DNA of 64,000 nucleotides, taken from Gemmatimonadota bacterium (GTDB taxonomy: Bacteria > Gemmatimonadota > Gemmatimonadetes > Palauibacterales > Palauibacteraceae). Positions 10,454-19,664 of this stretch are shown piece by piece; the first letter of the stretch is position 1; each line of letters begins with the position of its first letter. The translations under genes were made by a program, and so were the position numbers. Below the pieces are notes generated by a model. That model made no database searches. It saw only the letters and a list, made by a program, of their open reading frames with translations, and was not told the origin of the DNA. The stretch spans positions 15,714 through 79,713 of the forward strand of contig JBATJK010000235.1 in the NCBI GenBank assembly GCA_049668445.1. Direction: 5' to 3'.

Positions 10454-11217
10454 CCTCCTCGAAGCCGACACGGGAGTGGTTTCGTGACTGGTTCGGCGAG
10501 GAGTACCTGGCCCTCTACCCGCACCGGGACGAGCGAGAGGCACGCGAAGCCGTGGACCTCTATCGCGACGTTGCCTCTCCTGAGCCGGGCTCCCGGCTCC
10601 TCGACCTGGCTTGCGGGGCGGGCCGGCATCTACGCGAGCTGCGGGCCGCCGGCCTCGATGCGACGGGCCTCGACCTGTCGCCGACCCTGCTGCGATCCGC
10701 CAGATCCAGCGCCGGAGCGGATCCCCTGGTGCGTGGAGACATGCGCCAGCTCCCGTTCTGTTCCGGGTCATTCGGCGGACTGACCAGCTTCTTCACGTCG
10801 TTCGGATACTTTGCGGAGACGGCCGACGATCGGCGGGTCCTACGCGAAATGGCCCGGGTGCTGGCTCCGGGAGGCACGTTCATGCTGGACTTCTTGAACG
10901 CTGCGCGCGTTCGAGAGGACCTCGTCCCGGAGGATTGCCGTGAGGTCGAGGACCGGCGAGTGGTACAGGTCCGGGAGATCATCGACGGCGTCGTCGTGAA
11001 GCGGATACGGATCGAGCCCGTTGCCGGGGGCCCGGCCCGCCACTTCGAAGAGCGCGTGCGCCTGTATTCCTGCGAGGAACTGGTGTCACTGCTGGCCGGA
11101 GTGGGACTCGCGACCACGGCACGTTTCGGCGACTATGTGGGAGCCTCGTACTTCGACCGATCGCCCCGGCTCATACTGGCCGGGCGACTGGATCCGGCAG
11201 GGGAGGAGACGGTGTGA
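10450..11217 (+). CDS. Class I SAM-dependent methyltransferase (candidate bacillithiol N-methyltransferase, NmbA-like, by context)
   Basis: GTG start overlapping the rlmH stop (GTGA). Motif I LLDLACGAGRH and a post-I acidic residue. Methyltransf_11/25-like. Its stop overlaps the bshC GTG start (GTGA), with GGAGGAGA RBS for bshC inside its 3' end. Confidence 0.8.
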   Translation: MTSSKPTREWFRDWFGEEYLALYPHRDEREAREAVDLYRDVASPEPGSRLLDLACGAGRHLRELRAAGLDATGLDLSPTLLRSARSSAGADPLVRGDMRQLPFCSGSFGGLTSFFTSFGYFAETADDRRVLREMARVLAPGGTFMLDFLNAARVREDLVPEDCREVEDRRVVQVREIIDGVVVKRIRIEPVAGGPARHFEERVRLYSCEELVSLLAGVGLATTARFGDYVGASYFDRSPRLILAGRLDPAGEETV

Positions 11218-12842
11218 GCGACCTGCACTTCGAGCCCGAGAGGATTTCCGGTCCCGGGGGTCTCGTTTCGGGTATCCTGGCGGGCGACCAGGGGGCCCGA
11301 GCCCTGTTCCCGCCCGGGGTGTTCGGGCCCGAGGAGACGCCGGTTGCGCGCCCGAGTCTCGAATACAGCCTCGATCCGGCGTCCTTCCATTGCACGGAGC
11401 CAGCCGCGCGCGACCGTCTCGAAGCGGCGCTCGCCGGAGAGGGGCTCGTGGTCACGACGGGGCAGCAGCCCCAACTGTTTGGCGGGCCGCTCTACGTCTT
11501 GTACAAGGCGCTGTCCGCCGTGCGCTGCGCTGCCCGGATCGAGCGAGAGTTCGACACGCCCTGCGTGGCCGTCTTCTGGGTCGCCGCCGATGACCACGAC
11601 TGGCCCGAGGTGGCTTCGGTCAGCTACCTGGACCGGGAAGAACAGCTTCGCCGACTCAAGCTGACGGCTCCGGCTAATCGAGCCGGCCGGCCCGTAGGCC
11701 CATCATTGCTCCCGGTCGAGGTCGAAAGACTGACGCGTGAGTTTCTCGACTCACTCGAGACTCGCGAAGCGGGAAGTCGGTGGCTCCAGGTCCTGCGGGA
11801 TCAGTATTCAGCAGGCCGCTCTTTCACTGAAGCGTTCATAGGAGTGGCCTCCGCCTGGATGGACGGACTTCCGATCGCCTTCCTCGACTCGGCTCAACCC
11901 GGGGTCCGCGACGCAGCGAGTCCCTTCGTGCAACGGGTCCTCGAGCAGCGCGACCTGGTGAACCAGGCGCTCGAGCGTGGAACCGCGGCGGTCACGGAGC
12001 TTGGATACCGCCCACAGCTGACACAGATTCCGGGGGCGATACCCCTGTTCCGTGAAGGAGCGGGTGGGCGGTACCGGCTGCGGGAAGCGTCCGGCCGCAT
12101 TCAGATCGACCGGGACGACAACTTCCAGGACGTCTCCCAGCTGGTCGCTGAGGCGACGGCAGAGAGCGATCGATTCAGTCCCTCCGCTGCGTTGCGGCCG
12201 GTCCTCGAGTCCTGGCTGCTTCCCGTGCAGGCTACGGTCTTGGGACCTGGCGAGGTCGCCTACTGGTCCCAGCTGCCCCCCCTGTTCCGCGCTCTCGATG
12301 TGCCGATGCCAGCGATCCTCCCGCGGGATTCCTGGCGCGTGATCGAGCCGCGCACGGAGAGGCTGCTTCGCAAAACCGGCGTCTCGGCCGACGAGCTGAG
12401 GGACGGAGGTGCAACCGCATCCGCTGGCCTCATCGAGCGCAGTCGCCCACGGGGGGTTGAAGAAGCCCTCCTGCGGCTCGAGGGCCGCCTGGACGAGGAG
12501 TTCAGCTCCCTGGAGTCCACGGTAACCTCAGACCTGCCGGGACTTCGGTCAGCGGTCGGAAAGAGCCGCAGCCAGGCATTCTCGGCACTGGCAGCTCTGC
12601 GCAAGACCCTCGACAACGTGACTCGAGACCGGGAGGAGTCGACGCTCGGGCAACTGCGCCGGGCAGCGGCCAATCTATTCCCTGAAGGAGTCCCCCAGGA
12701 GCGGGCCCTGGCCGTCTGGGTGTACCTGGCCCGCTACGGAGATGAATTCATCGACGCGGCGCGATCCGCGGCTCTGGAGTCACCCTCAGAGCACTCCGCG
12801 TCCCGTGCCGACGGCGTTGCTGGGGGTGCAACGGCGGAGTAG
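11214..12842 (+). CDS. bshC: Bacillithiol biosynthesis cysteine-adding enzyme BshC
   Basis: 542 aa. N-terminal signature VVTTGQQPQLFGGPLYVLYKALS and CVAVFWVAADDHDW match the BshC/YllA hallmark (VITGQQAGLLTGPLY...VFWIAGEDHD). Size typical of BshC. Confidence 0.8.
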   Translation: MSDLHFEPERISGPGGLVSGILAGDQGARALFPPGVFGPEETPVARPSLEYSLDPASFHCTEPAARDRLEAALAGEGLVVTTGQQPQLFGGPLYVLYKALSAVRCAARIEREFDTPCVAVFWVAADDHDWPEVASVSYLDREEQLRRLKLTAPANRAGRPVGPSLLPVEVERLTREFLDSLETREAGSRWLQVLRDQYSAGRSFTEAFIGVASAWMDGLPIAFLDSAQPGVRDAASPFVQRVLEQRDLVNQALERGTAAVTELGYRPQLTQIPGAIPLFREGAGGRYRLREASGRIQIDRDDNFQDVSQLVAEATAESDRFSPSAALRPVLESWLLPVQATVLGPGEVAYWSQLPPLFRALDVPMPAILPRDSWRVIEPRTERLLRKTGVSADELRDGGATASAGLIERSRPRGVEEALLRLEGRLDEEFSSLESTVTSDLPGLRSAVGKSRSQAFSALAALRKTLDNVTRDREESTLGQLRRAAANLFPEGVPQERALAVWVYLARYGDEFIDAARSAALESPSEHSASRADGVAGGATAE

Positions 12843-12910
12843 GTTAGCCAGCGTTCCCGGCGCCGTGAGCTGCTCGCGGCCCTTCGACTGACTCTCGACA
12901 GGCGGTAGGC

Positions 12911-13186
12911 GTGCACTGGGCCGTTATCATCGGTCTCGTCCTCATGATTCCGATCCTCGCGATCGTTCTGGACTCGCCTGTGGGACAGGCGTGGGCCAAT
13001 CGTATCGCCAGGGGCAGTGATGACCGGAAGTCTCCCGAACTCGACTCACAGGTCGAGGAGCTGGCGGCCGAGGTCAAGTACCTGACCGAGAGCATGGAGA
13101 GTCTTCGGGAAGAAACGGAGTTCGTGCGCCGGCTGGTAGAGGGAACCGGCGACGGCGACGCTTCCCGCCTCGAGCCGGGTGAGTGA
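12911..13186 (+). CDS. Small hypothetical membrane protein (N-terminal TM helix plus acidic coiled-coil)
   Basis: GTG start. MHWAVIIGLVLMIPILAIVLDSP (TM) followed by a predicted amphipathic helix ELDSQVEELAAEVKYLTESMESLREETEFVRRL. No family assignment possible. Occupies the only gap between bshC and murJ. Confidence 0.4.
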   Translation: MHWAVIIGLVLMIPILAIVLDSPVGQAWANRIARGSDDRKSPELDSQVEELAAEVKYLTESMESLREETEFVRRLVEGTGDGDASRLEPGE

Positions 13187-14813
13187 CGCGGCCCCTGTCA
13201 CTGACGGATCTCCCGGTGTCCCGATCGCGGAACGCCGGCTGAATCCGTTTCGCCGCCGGCCGGCCACGGCCGTCGGAGCCGGGATCTTCCTCAGTCGACT
13301 CACGGGCCTCGCCCGAGACTCAGCCCTGGCGGCTTTCCTGGGAACCGGTTTGCTCGCCGATGCCTACTGGGCAGCCATCAAGATCCCCAACATCATTCGC
13401 AATCTCCTCGGAGAAGGCACCCTGTCCGCGGCGTTCGTGCCGGTCTATTCGGAAACGTTGGAAAAGCACGGTGCCTCGTCGGAGGAATCGACCCTCCTCG
13501 CCTCCTCCGTGCTGGGCATCGTTCTGACCGCTGCGGTGCTCCTGAGCGCCCTCGGCGTGATCCTCGCCCCATGGATCACCAGCGTGGTCATGGTGGGGGC
13601 AGGGGAGGAAACCCGCAGGGTCACCACGGAGCTGGTGAGAATCCTGTTTCCCATGTCCGGGGCCCTCATCGTGGGCGCGTGGTTCCTGGGAGTTCTCAAC
13701 AGTCACGGGAAGTTCTTCCTCCCATTCGTAGCCCCGACCGTCTGGAACGTGTCCCAGATCGTCGGGTTGTTCGTGGCGCAGGCGGCCGGGAGTCAGAAGT
13801 TCGCGCACGCGTTGGCGTGGTCGGCCCTGGTGGGGAGCCTGCTGCAGGTGGCTGTCCAGGTACCCGCGGCCCGTAGACTGACCGGGTCCCTGCGTCCCAG
13901 GGTCTCGTGGAGCTGGGAGCCCGTCCGTCGAGTCGCCCGCAATACCCTTCCCGTGATCTCGAGCCAGGGGATCTTCCAGATTTCGACGCTGGTCGACATT
14001 ACCCTGGCCACGCTCGTAGGAACGAGTGCCATGTCGGCGCTCGGCTACTCACAGAGGCTGATCTACCTGCCCATCAGCCTCTTCGGGATCGCCGTGGCCG
14101 CGGCGTCCCTCCCCAACATGTCGAGAGACGCCACGGCAGCCCGACTCAGGCCCCGCCTGGTCAATGGCTTCTTTCAGATCCTGTTCTTCGTGCTTCCAGC
14201 AGCGGTCTTCTACCTGCTGTTCGGAGACCTCGTGATTCGGCTGATCTACGAGCGCCGGGCCTTCACTGAGGCGAGCACGGTACTCGTGGCGGCAGTGCTG
14301 GGCACGTACTCCCTCGGCCTGGTCGCGTCGAGCTCTCTGAAGCTGTTCGCGAGCGGATTTCATGCGTTGCAGGACACGCGCACTCCCATGATGCTCGCGG
14401 CGGTCTCCGTAACCATTGGGATCGGGATCGCCATTCTCCTCACCCTGCTCGGCCGGGCCCGGCTCCCGGATCCATACCGACCGTACGCGGCAATGGGAAT
14501 CGCGCTCGGAGGAGCGGCGGGAGCCTGGATCAACCTCCTCCTTCTGTGGACCATGCTGGGCCGTAGGATCGGTCCACTGTTCGATCGCACGGCAGCCAGG
14601 GCGACGCTCCGGCTGGTGGCGGGCGCCGGGGCAGCGGCCGTCGCGGCCAGCGCCGTCCGCGGATGGTTGCAGCCTCAGTTGTCCGGTGGCGGCTTCTTCT
14701 CCGTCCTCGCTCTCCTGTTGGCGGTTGGCGCCGCCGGAGCGGCGCCGTATCTCCTGATCGCGAGGCGTCCGCCGGTCATCCTCCCCGAAGTGGGCCAGCA
14801 GGGTGCTCGCTGA
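13179..14813 (+). CDS. murJ: Lipid II flippase MurJ
   Basis: 544 aa polytopic. N-terminal LSRLTGLARDSALAAFLGTG...DAYWAAIKIPNIIRNLLGEGTLSAAFVPVYSE matches the MurJ/MviN consensus. Confidence 0.9.
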   Translation: MSDAAPVTDGSPGVPIAERRLNPFRRRPATAVGAGIFLSRLTGLARDSALAAFLGTGLLADAYWAAIKIPNIIRNLLGEGTLSAAFVPVYSETLEKHGASSEESTLLASSVLGIVLTAAVLLSALGVILAPWITSVVMVGAGEETRRVTTELVRILFPMSGALIVGAWFLGVLNSHGKFFLPFVAPTVWNVSQIVGLFVAQAAGSQKFAHALAWSALVGSLLQVAVQVPAARRLTGSLRPRVSWSWEPVRRVARNTLPVISSQGIFQISTLVDITLATLVGTSAMSALGYSQRLIYLPISLFGIAVAAASLPNMSRDATAARLRPRLVNGFFQILFFVLPAAVFYLLFGDLVIRLIYERRAFTEASTVLVAAVLGTYSLGLVASSSLKLFASGFHALQDTRTPMMLAAVSVTIGIGIAILLTLLGRARLPDPYRPYAAMGIALGGAAGAWINLLLLWTMLGRRIGPLFDRTAARATLRLVAGAGAAAVAASAVRGWLQPQLSGGGFFSVLALLLAVGAAGAAPYLLIARRPPVILPEVGQQGAR

Positions 14814-16647
14814 GCGGCTGCAGGAGCAGCTGAAGACCCTCCCGAACCGGCCCGGCGTGTACCTGTTCCGCGGCGCGGATGGCGAGATCCTGTATATCGG
14901 GAAGGCCACCTCACTGCGCAGCCGGGTGCGCAGCTACTTCGGCGGATCGGCGGATCGGTCTTTCAAGCTTCGAGAGCTCTCGCGGCGTACGGCGTCGGTG
15001 GAAACCTTCGTCGTCGCGTCTCCCACCGAGGCGCTGCTGCTCGAATCGAATCTGATCAAGGAGCACGCGCCCAGGTTCAACATCCAGTTGCGGGACGACA
15101 AGTCCTTTCCGTACGTGAAAGTGACCGTGCACGAGCCGTTTCCCAGGGTCCTGGTCACCCGGCGTCTGGTCCGGGACGGCTCTCGTTACTTCGGTCCGTT
15201 CACGGACGTCGGTGCCATGCGCCGGGCCCTCAGGATGATCCGGCAGATGTTCTTCGTACGCAGCTGCCACTATGACCTTCCGCGCGACGCACCGGAACGA
15301 CCTTGCCTGGACTACTTCATCGACCGCTGCCGCGCCCCGTGTGTTGGCAAACAGGTGCAGGCCGACTACCGCGAGATGATCGACCAGATCCTGGATATCC
15401 TGTCCGGACACACAGGCCGGCTCAAGCGAGATGTACGACGCCAGATGGATGAGGCTGCCGAGAGCCTGGACTTCGAGCGCGCGGCCGACCTACGCGACAT
15501 TCTCCGCGGTCTGGGGTCGATGGAGAAGCGGCAGACATCCATCGACTTCCGTGGCGGCGATCGCGACGTCCTGGGCATTTCGAGAAGCGGAGATACGGCG
15601 TGCTGCCTGTTTCTGCGTGTACGCGAGGGGAAGCTCCTCGGCCGCTACGTACATTTCCTCCAGATCGGCGAGGGAACGGACGACCTCTCGGCGCTGACCT
15701 CGGCGGCGATCAAGGGAGCATACCTGCGGCAGGACGATCTGCCGCCCGAGCTTCTGGTCCCCGCAGAGTTCGAGGATCGCGCGCTGATCGTGTCCATGCT
15801 CTCCGAGCGCCGGGAGGGGTCCTTTCATATCCGGGTGCCACAACGTGGGACGAAGCGCCGGCTTCTCGAGCTTGCGCAGGGAAATGCCGCACACATACTT
15901 GCGGAAAGGGCAGAGCTCGAATCAAGCCCGTCGGGAGAAACCACGGCCCCGCCGGGAGCCCGTGAGCTCGCCGCCGCACTGGGCCTTGAATCTCCCCCCC
16001 GCGACATCGCCTGTTTCGACATTTCGACCCTCAGTGGTCGCGACTCGGTTGGGAGCTCCGTGTGGCTGCGCGACGGGGCTCCACGGAAGAAGGAGTACAG
16101 GCGCTTCCGGATACGGGAGACGGCCGATGGCAAGACCGACGACTTCTCGATGATGCAGGAAGTCGTGGGACGGTACTTCGCCCGCCGGGTGATGAAGGGA
16201 GAGGCGATCCCCGATCTGGTCGTGATCGATGGAGGCAAGGGGCAGCTCGGTGCGGCGTTGCACGCCATGGAGAGCGCCGGGGTGTCGGATATCCCGGTGG
16301 TGGCCCTCGCGAAGCGGCTCGAAGAAGTATTCGTGCCTGGCTTGAGTGAACCTCTCGTCCTCGATCGCCGAAACCATGGCCTGCGCTGGCTTCAGCGAGC
16401 CAGGGACGAGGCCCATCGCTTCGCCGTCGATTACAACCGGAAGCTGCGCAGGCGCCGCACCCTGCGGTCGGGACTCTCAGAGGTACCGGGGGTGGGCCCC
16501 ACTCGAGAGAAGGACCTTCTGCGGGCGTTCGGGAGCCTCGCGGAGATCCGGAAGGCCAGCGTGGAAGAGCTGACTCGAGTGCCCGGAGTTGGGCCCGCTA
16601 CGGCTCGACGCATCCTCGCCGAGCTCTCAAAGACATCGGGGCAATGA
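14803..16647 (+). CDS. uvrC: Excinuclease ABC subunit C
   Basis: GIY-YIG N-terminus (PGVYLFRGADGEILYIGKATSLRSRVRSYF), UvrC homology region, and C-terminal HhH (VPGVGPATARRILAEL). GTG start overlapping the murJ 3' end. Confidence 0.95.
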   Translation: MLAERLQEQLKTLPNRPGVYLFRGADGEILYIGKATSLRSRVRSYFGGSADRSFKLRELSRRTASVETFVVASPTEALLLESNLIKEHAPRFNIQLRDDKSFPYVKVTVHEPFPRVLVTRRLVRDGSRYFGPFTDVGAMRRALRMIRQMFFVRSCHYDLPRDAPERPCLDYFIDRCRAPCVGKQVQADYREMIDQILDILSGHTGRLKRDVRRQMDEAAESLDFERAADLRDILRGLGSMEKRQTSIDFRGGDRDVLGISRSGDTACCLFLRVREGKLLGRYVHFLQIGEGTDDLSALTSAAIKGAYLRQDDLPPELLVPAEFEDRALIVSMLSERREGSFHIRVPQRGTKRRLLELAQGNAAHILAERAELESSPSGETTAPPGARELAAALGLESPPRDIACFDISTLSGRDSVGSSVWLRDGAPRKKEYRRFRIRETADGKTDDFSMMQEVVGRYFARRVMKGEAIPDLVVIDGGKGQLGAALHAMESAGVSDIPVVALAKRLEEVFVPGLSEPLVLDRRNHGLRWLQRARDEAHRFAVDYNRKLRRRRTLRSGLSEVPGVGPTREKDLLRAFGSLAEIRKASVEELTRVPGVGPATARRILAELSKTSGQ

Positions 16648-16860
16648 CCTGGAGGCTTGCGCAGTTCAGCGGAACCATCTTCAGGCAGGCAGCGTACAAA
16701 CAAAGTCGGGACTTGCACCCGGAGGCATGGGGTGGCAGGATGGCCCCGAACTTCTTGTCGGGCCGCCCGGGCGGGGCGGCGCCACGACTCGATAGCGGGC
16801 AAGAGGGCGGCACTCGTTCAGTATCGTTAGCGCATTGCAATTATGAGACTTGAGGTAACT

Positions 16861-18204
16861 ATGCTCAGAAATTCGTTTAAGTACGGCATGGCGGCGGGCC
16901 TCGTCGCGCTCTTCGGTTCGCCGGCGATCCTGTTGGCCCAGGAATGCGCCGATAAGGGGAACCAGCATACGCGAGGCGCTGACGTCGAACTCAGCTATGC
17001 GGCGCGTCGAGACGATCCTCAGCCGAAGGAAGACCGGTACGCGAGGGCGATCCGGACGCTCGAGCCGGCTCTGACAGACGACGATCCGCTGCCGCGGGCC
17101 TACCTGCTCGCCGGATCGGCATACCTCGGATTGCGCGACTACGCCGGCGCCGACTCGATGTTCAAGAAGCTCAGCAGTTCGGACCCGGCGTGCGCCGACC
17201 TGGTCAATGAGCTTCGCTTCAACGCCTGGGTTCCGCTCTACAACTCGGGCATCAACTCGCTTCGAGCCGCTGACCAGGACGCCGCACTGGCGACCTTCCT
17301 GCAGGCCAACGTGATCTACGAGGATTCCCGCTCGCTGACCAACGCCGCCAACATCTATCAGCAGCGGGGCGACAACGCGAAAGCCATGGATCTGTACGCG
17401 CGAGCACTCGAGGTCGGCGGCGATCCGGACATGGCCCGTGCCGCCAGCATCAACATGGCCGAGCTGCTGAGGATGGAGGGGCGCACGGAGGAGGCTCTCG
17501 CGATCTACTCCGACTACGCCGCCGACAACCCTGACGACGTGCTCGGATTGCTGAACTACGCAGTCGCTCTGATGGACGCGGGGGATGCCGAGGGAGCTGA
17601 ACAGCTCTTCACCGAGCTCCTCCAGCGGGACGACTTGAGCTTCAGGCAGTGGTCCCAGGTGGGAATCGGGCTGTATCGAGCCCAGGACTTTACCCAGGCA
17701 GCCATCGCTTTCGAGCGGGCTCACGACATGAACCCGCTCAACAAGGAAACGACGGAGAACCTGGCGAACACGTACTACCACGCCGAGCGCTTCGAGGAAC
17801 TCATTCCGCTAGCGGGTGAGCTGGTTGACCGCTATCCGTACGAGTCGGTCAACTACAACCTCCTGGCCAACGCTCACCGCGAGATGCAAGACGCGGACGC
17901 GGCCCTGGAAGTACTCCAACGGCGGGATGCCCTGACGTTCGAGTTCCTGCGATCCCAGCTGGCCCCAGTGTCTGAGGGAGTCTACAGTGTCGAGGGCCAG
18001 GTGATGAACAAGAGTGCCGCCGCCGGCCTCGAAGTCACAGTGCCGATCGACCTGCTGGGAGAGAGTGGAGAAGTGATCACGAGCGAGGACTTGTTGATCG
18101 TACTTCCGCCCGAGGGAGAAGCGACGTCGTTCCTCCTTCAGTTCGAAAGCGAGGAAGTCATTTCAGGCTTCCAGTACACCGGGGGCGGATCGACCGGCGA
18201 CTGA
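16861..18204 (+). CDS. Secreted tetratricopeptide-repeat (TPR) protein
   Basis: ATG at 16861 with GAGGTAA RBS. Signal peptide MLRNSFKYGMAAGLVALFGSPAILLAQE. Multiple TPR-like helical repeats (AYLLAGSAYLGLRDYAGA, NAANIYQQRGDNAKAMDLYARALE, ...). Confidence 0.75.
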   Translation: MLRNSFKYGMAAGLVALFGSPAILLAQECADKGNQHTRGADVELSYAARRDDPQPKEDRYARAIRTLEPALTDDDPLPRAYLLAGSAYLGLRDYAGADSMFKKLSSSDPACADLVNELRFNAWVPLYNSGINSLRAADQDAALATFLQANVIYEDSRSLTNAANIYQQRGDNAKAMDLYARALEVGGDPDMARAASINMAELLRMEGRTEEALAIYSDYAADNPDDVLGLLNYAVALMDAGDAEGAEQLFTELLQRDDLSFRQWSQVGIGLYRAQDFTQAAIAFERAHDMNPLNKETTENLANTYYHAERFEELIPLAGELVDRYPYESVNYNLLANAHREMQDADAALEVLQRRDALTFEFLRSQLAPVSEGVYSVEGQVMNKSAAAGLEVTVPIDLLGESGEVITSEDLLIVLPPEGEATSFLLQFESEEVISGFQYTGGGSTGD

Positions 18205-18221
18205 GGTCTGCATTCGTCGAA

Positions 18222-18264
18222 GGGCGGGCGGGAATCCGACGTTGGATTCCCGCCCGCTTTTTTT
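18222..18264 (+). terminator. Rho-independent terminator after the TPR gene
   Basis: gggcgggcgggaatcc-gacgtt-ggattcccgcccgc followed by TTTTTTT (18258-18264). ~14-bp GC-rich stem plus a 7-T tract. Confidence 0.7.
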
Positions 18265-18290
18265 CATCTGTATAGCCGGCCTCCGGTCGG

Positions 18291-18319
18291 TTGGAGGCGC
18301 TGCTCGGCGCGGATATATT
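18291..18319 (+). promoter_or_regulatory. Candidate sigma70-type promoter for the DUF512-der operon (TTGGAG-17nt-TATATT)
   Basis: TTGGAG at 18291-18296, 17-nt spacer, TATATT at 18314-18319. ~48 nt upstream of the 18367 start, immediately after the terminator. Pattern match only. Confidence 0.35.
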
Positions 18320-18366
18320 CCGCGGGGCCCACTTGGAGGCCCATGTCCTGTAACCTGGAATACTGA

Positions 18367-19644
18367 ATGGTCCGCGTCGCGCGGGTAAGGCGTAATTCGA
18401 TTGGCGCCGACCTGGAGATACCTCCCGGTGCAACGCTGATTTCGATCAACGGACGGGATCTCAGAGATTCCCTCGACCTCCGCTTCTTCGAGGCCGACGC
18501 CGAGGTCCACCTGGAGACTCGCCTGCCTTCCGGCGAGTCTATCGTCTACGAGATCGAGAAACACCCGGATGAAACCCTTGGACTGATTCCCGAGGTGGAC
18601 AAGGTGCGCCGCTGCACCAACGCGTGTCCGTTCTGCTTCGTGAAGGGAAACCCCAAGGCCAGCCGGTTGAGGCAGCCCCTGTACGTCAAGGACGACGACT
18701 ACCGACTTTCGTTCATGTTCGGGCACTACGTGACTCTGACGAACCTCCGGGATGACGATTGGGAGAGGATTTTCGAGCAGCGTCTCAGCCCGTTGTATGT
18801 CAGCGTGCACGCGACCGACCCAGAGGCCCGCCTTCGAATGCTCATCAATCCGAAGGCGGCGATGATCGGAGAGCACCTGGACCGGTTGGACGCGGGCTCG
18901 ATCCAGGTGCACGCCCAGGTCGTGCTGTGCCCGGGAATCAACGACGGGAGCATCCTCGAAGGTACGATCGCTGACCTGTACCAGCGCGAACGCCAGGTGC
19001 TGTCGCTCTCGATCGTTCCGGTCGGACTGACCGAGTTCAACTCCGACCGGGGCGTTCGGGCGCTGACTCCCGGGGAGTGCGCCCAGGCCCTGGAGGCGAT
19101 CGACTCGATACGTGAGCGTGCCCTGGCGGAGCGGGGTCGAGCCTGGTGCTACGCGGCTGACGAGATGTTCCTGCAGGCCGGTCGTGAACTCCCGGACCCT
19201 GGCTACTTCGATGACCACGAACTGGTCGCGAACGGAGTGGGAGCGGTATCGGCCCTTTCTTCGGCCGTTCGGGCGGATCTCGGCGACCTTCCGTCCCTGC
19301 AGGGCAAGAAGGTGGTGCTCGTCACCGGGACTTCGATGAAGCCGTACCTGTCTGATCTGGCCGACGAGGTCTCGTCCTCCTCGGGCGCTGTCGTCACGAC
19401 AGTAGCGGCTCATAACTCCCTGTACGGTCCGATGGTCACGACCGCTGGTCTGCTGGCTGGCGCCGACTACGCCCGTGCGCTCGATTCGTACCGCGACTTC
19501 GACCTGGCTCTGTTCAGTCGCACCGCTCTGAACGACCAGGATCTGTTCCTGGACGACGTGTCCCTCGCCGAGTTGAGGCGGGATTTCCCACAGCTGAGGA
19601 TACATCCATCGGAGCACGTGACGGACACCCTGCTGGCGCTGTAG
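18367..19644 (+). CDS. DUF512-family PDZ / radical-SAM-like protein (uncharacterised; conserved neighbour of der)
   Basis: 425 aa. N-terminal PDZ-like segment, CxxxCxxC cluster (CTNACPFC), and a long DUF512-like C-terminal region. Stop at 19642-19644 immediately precedes der. Confidence 0.8.
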   Translation: MVRVARVRRNSIGADLEIPPGATLISINGRDLRDSLDLRFFEADAEVHLETRLPSGESIVYEIEKHPDETLGLIPEVDKVRRCTNACPFCFVKGNPKASRLRQPLYVKDDDYRLSFMFGHYVTLTNLRDDDWERIFEQRLSPLYVSVHATDPEARLRMLINPKAAMIGEHLDRLDAGSIQVHAQVVLCPGINDGSILEGTIADLYQRERQVLSLSIVPVGLTEFNSDRGVRALTPGECAQALEAIDSIRERALAERGRAWCYAADEMFLQAGRELPDPGYFDDHELVANGVGAVSALSSAVRADLGDLPSLQGKKVVLVTGTSMKPYLSDLADEVSSSSGAVVTTVAAHNSLYGPMVTTAGLLAGADYARALDSYRDFDLALFSRTALNDQDLFLDDVSLAELRRDFPQLRIHPSEHVTDTLLAL

Positions 19645-19664
19645 GCCTTCCGACCGTTGCCATC

